In this document: positions 62,736-64,000 of the stretch, piece by piece
How the letters are laid out: each line of letters opens with the position of its first letter
Position numbering within the stretch: the stretch's first letter is position 1
Origin: Tubulanus polymorphus
Lineage: Eukaryota > Animalia > Nemertea
DNA length: 64,000 nt
Assembly: GCF_964204645.1 (NCBI RefSeq)
Contig: NW_027437456.1
Coordinates: forward strand, 38,001-102,000
Direction of reading: 5' to 3'
Position numbers and translations under genes: made by a program
Notes under the pieces: model-generated
Seen by the model: only the letters and a program-made list of their open reading frames with translations
What the model was told of the DNA's origin: nothing
Database searches by the model: none

Positions 62736-64000
62736 CGTGCTATTCATACTTTGAAAAGTGGATAATAGAAATACATGTATATCAATACGGGATACGCATT
62801 AGACGTGTCAAGTCATACCAATGCGGTTTAACATAACATAATTTATAGTTATAGTCAAATTGGGGGTTATTCGGGTCGTTTAGTTGTCTGCGGAGTCGAG
62901 TAGATTGGTTACCCGTCTGTAACATTGGTTACGGAAACGACTCGTCAGCTTGATGAGTTGTTGTATGTATTATGATTGTGCACCACCTGCATTTTCCGAA
63001 ATAATGTTCATATAATTATTTGAAGGGAGGATTGAAATCAATTATCAACGTACATCTGAATATGTAATAGTCCTTAGTAACTTTCTGTTGCAGAGGGCAT
63101 AGAAAAGATTTTGAAATTATTTAATTACAATATAAATTTTATTTACGAAAAATAAACTATTATGGTCAGTACAAATTGAAAATTCATAGTGTATTTTTAA
63201 GAACAAGCTTACATAGCTTATTGAATACATCACGTACATTTGAATTTTATAAGTGATGGGTAAAAATCAACGTGTGACAGAAAAAAATGTAGTTAATTAT
63301 TTAACAATATCGAAATATGTGCTCTCTTTTGAAACTAATGGAGTGATACGCAATTAATCACATGGCCTGTATTAAGAGATAGAACATACAAGTTGGATAT
63401 TTATAAGTCGAAACATGTGAACAGAAACTGCAACTTTGATGTCAGTGACCAGTATCGAATTACACAACGACAATTAAACTCAACAAACATTATTAAAGAA
63501 TGTTTCAAACAAAATGCTTTATATAACGACATGAATAAACTTGTTTTACAAAACAAGAAAGTACATTTTGAACTTTTCAATGGTCGAATCCCATTTATTC
63601 ACAGTAACCTGTGATGTGGCGATCCTCGGAGCCAACAAGTGGTCACGGCCGTCGCGTGCACTCATTTCTTTGAAAATCTAGCTTCCTCGCGGAGCGGGAC
63701 CTGGTGACGCTGTGCCCCGCCCCCTTCGCGCTGAGAAATATCTTATTCCCATTCAGCAGAGACAGGTTTTAAAGATCATAGAGTGCATCGCTGGAGGGTT
63801 TCGATCCAATTTGAATTGGTGCGGTGGCGCTCTCAATGCGGAAGTTTTTGTGAATTTTTCAGTCGGCGACGGACCTTTATCGTTGTAAGTGATGTAATAT
63901 GTAAAAAATGCAGGGAAACCTATCTCAATTTGTTTTTAGCGATGCAGCGGAACTAATAAGGAACATTTTGATATATAACATGACTATAGTACACTATCCC

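Overview
Eukaryotic, transposon-saturated window, most likely from an invertebrate animal (inferred from spliceosomal introns and the element families present). No intact host gene is recognisable. From left to right: (1) a decayed Helentron (1-5093, minus). (2) A ~1.3-kb palindrome, a ~1-kb tandem duplication and a long spliced, pseudogenised Mutator-like transposase gene with an unusual domain string: SGNH hydrolase, Ulp1 protease, GATA finger, MULE DDE, SWIM, PHD (9.7-16.7 kb). (3) A full-length 17.5-kb Polinton/Maverick endogenous virus (24449-41971) with a perfect 6-bp TSD (CATCGC), nested in a Harbinger-like MITE. It encodes pPolB, integrase, packaging ATPase, major and minor capsid proteins, a putative SSB, membrane proteins and an HNH nuclease; no protease was seen. 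(4) A second Helentron with VTD and OTU deubiquitinase, Rep, PIF1 and APE domains (44.8-52.1 kb). (5) The left end of a second, related Polinton (from 54551), several DINE-1-like non-autonomous Helentrons and MITEs. The strongest novel signal is that all three Polinton ends are 150-270-bp fold-back hairpins. Their arms co-vary between the two elements, and their conserved mismatches read as G-T/G-A pairs only on the strand whose 3' end is terminal. This resembles a parvovirus-style self-priming end, and it lies directly beside an HNH nuclease gene whose upstream sequence is the TIR itself. Family assignments come from motifs recognised by eye; no searches were run.
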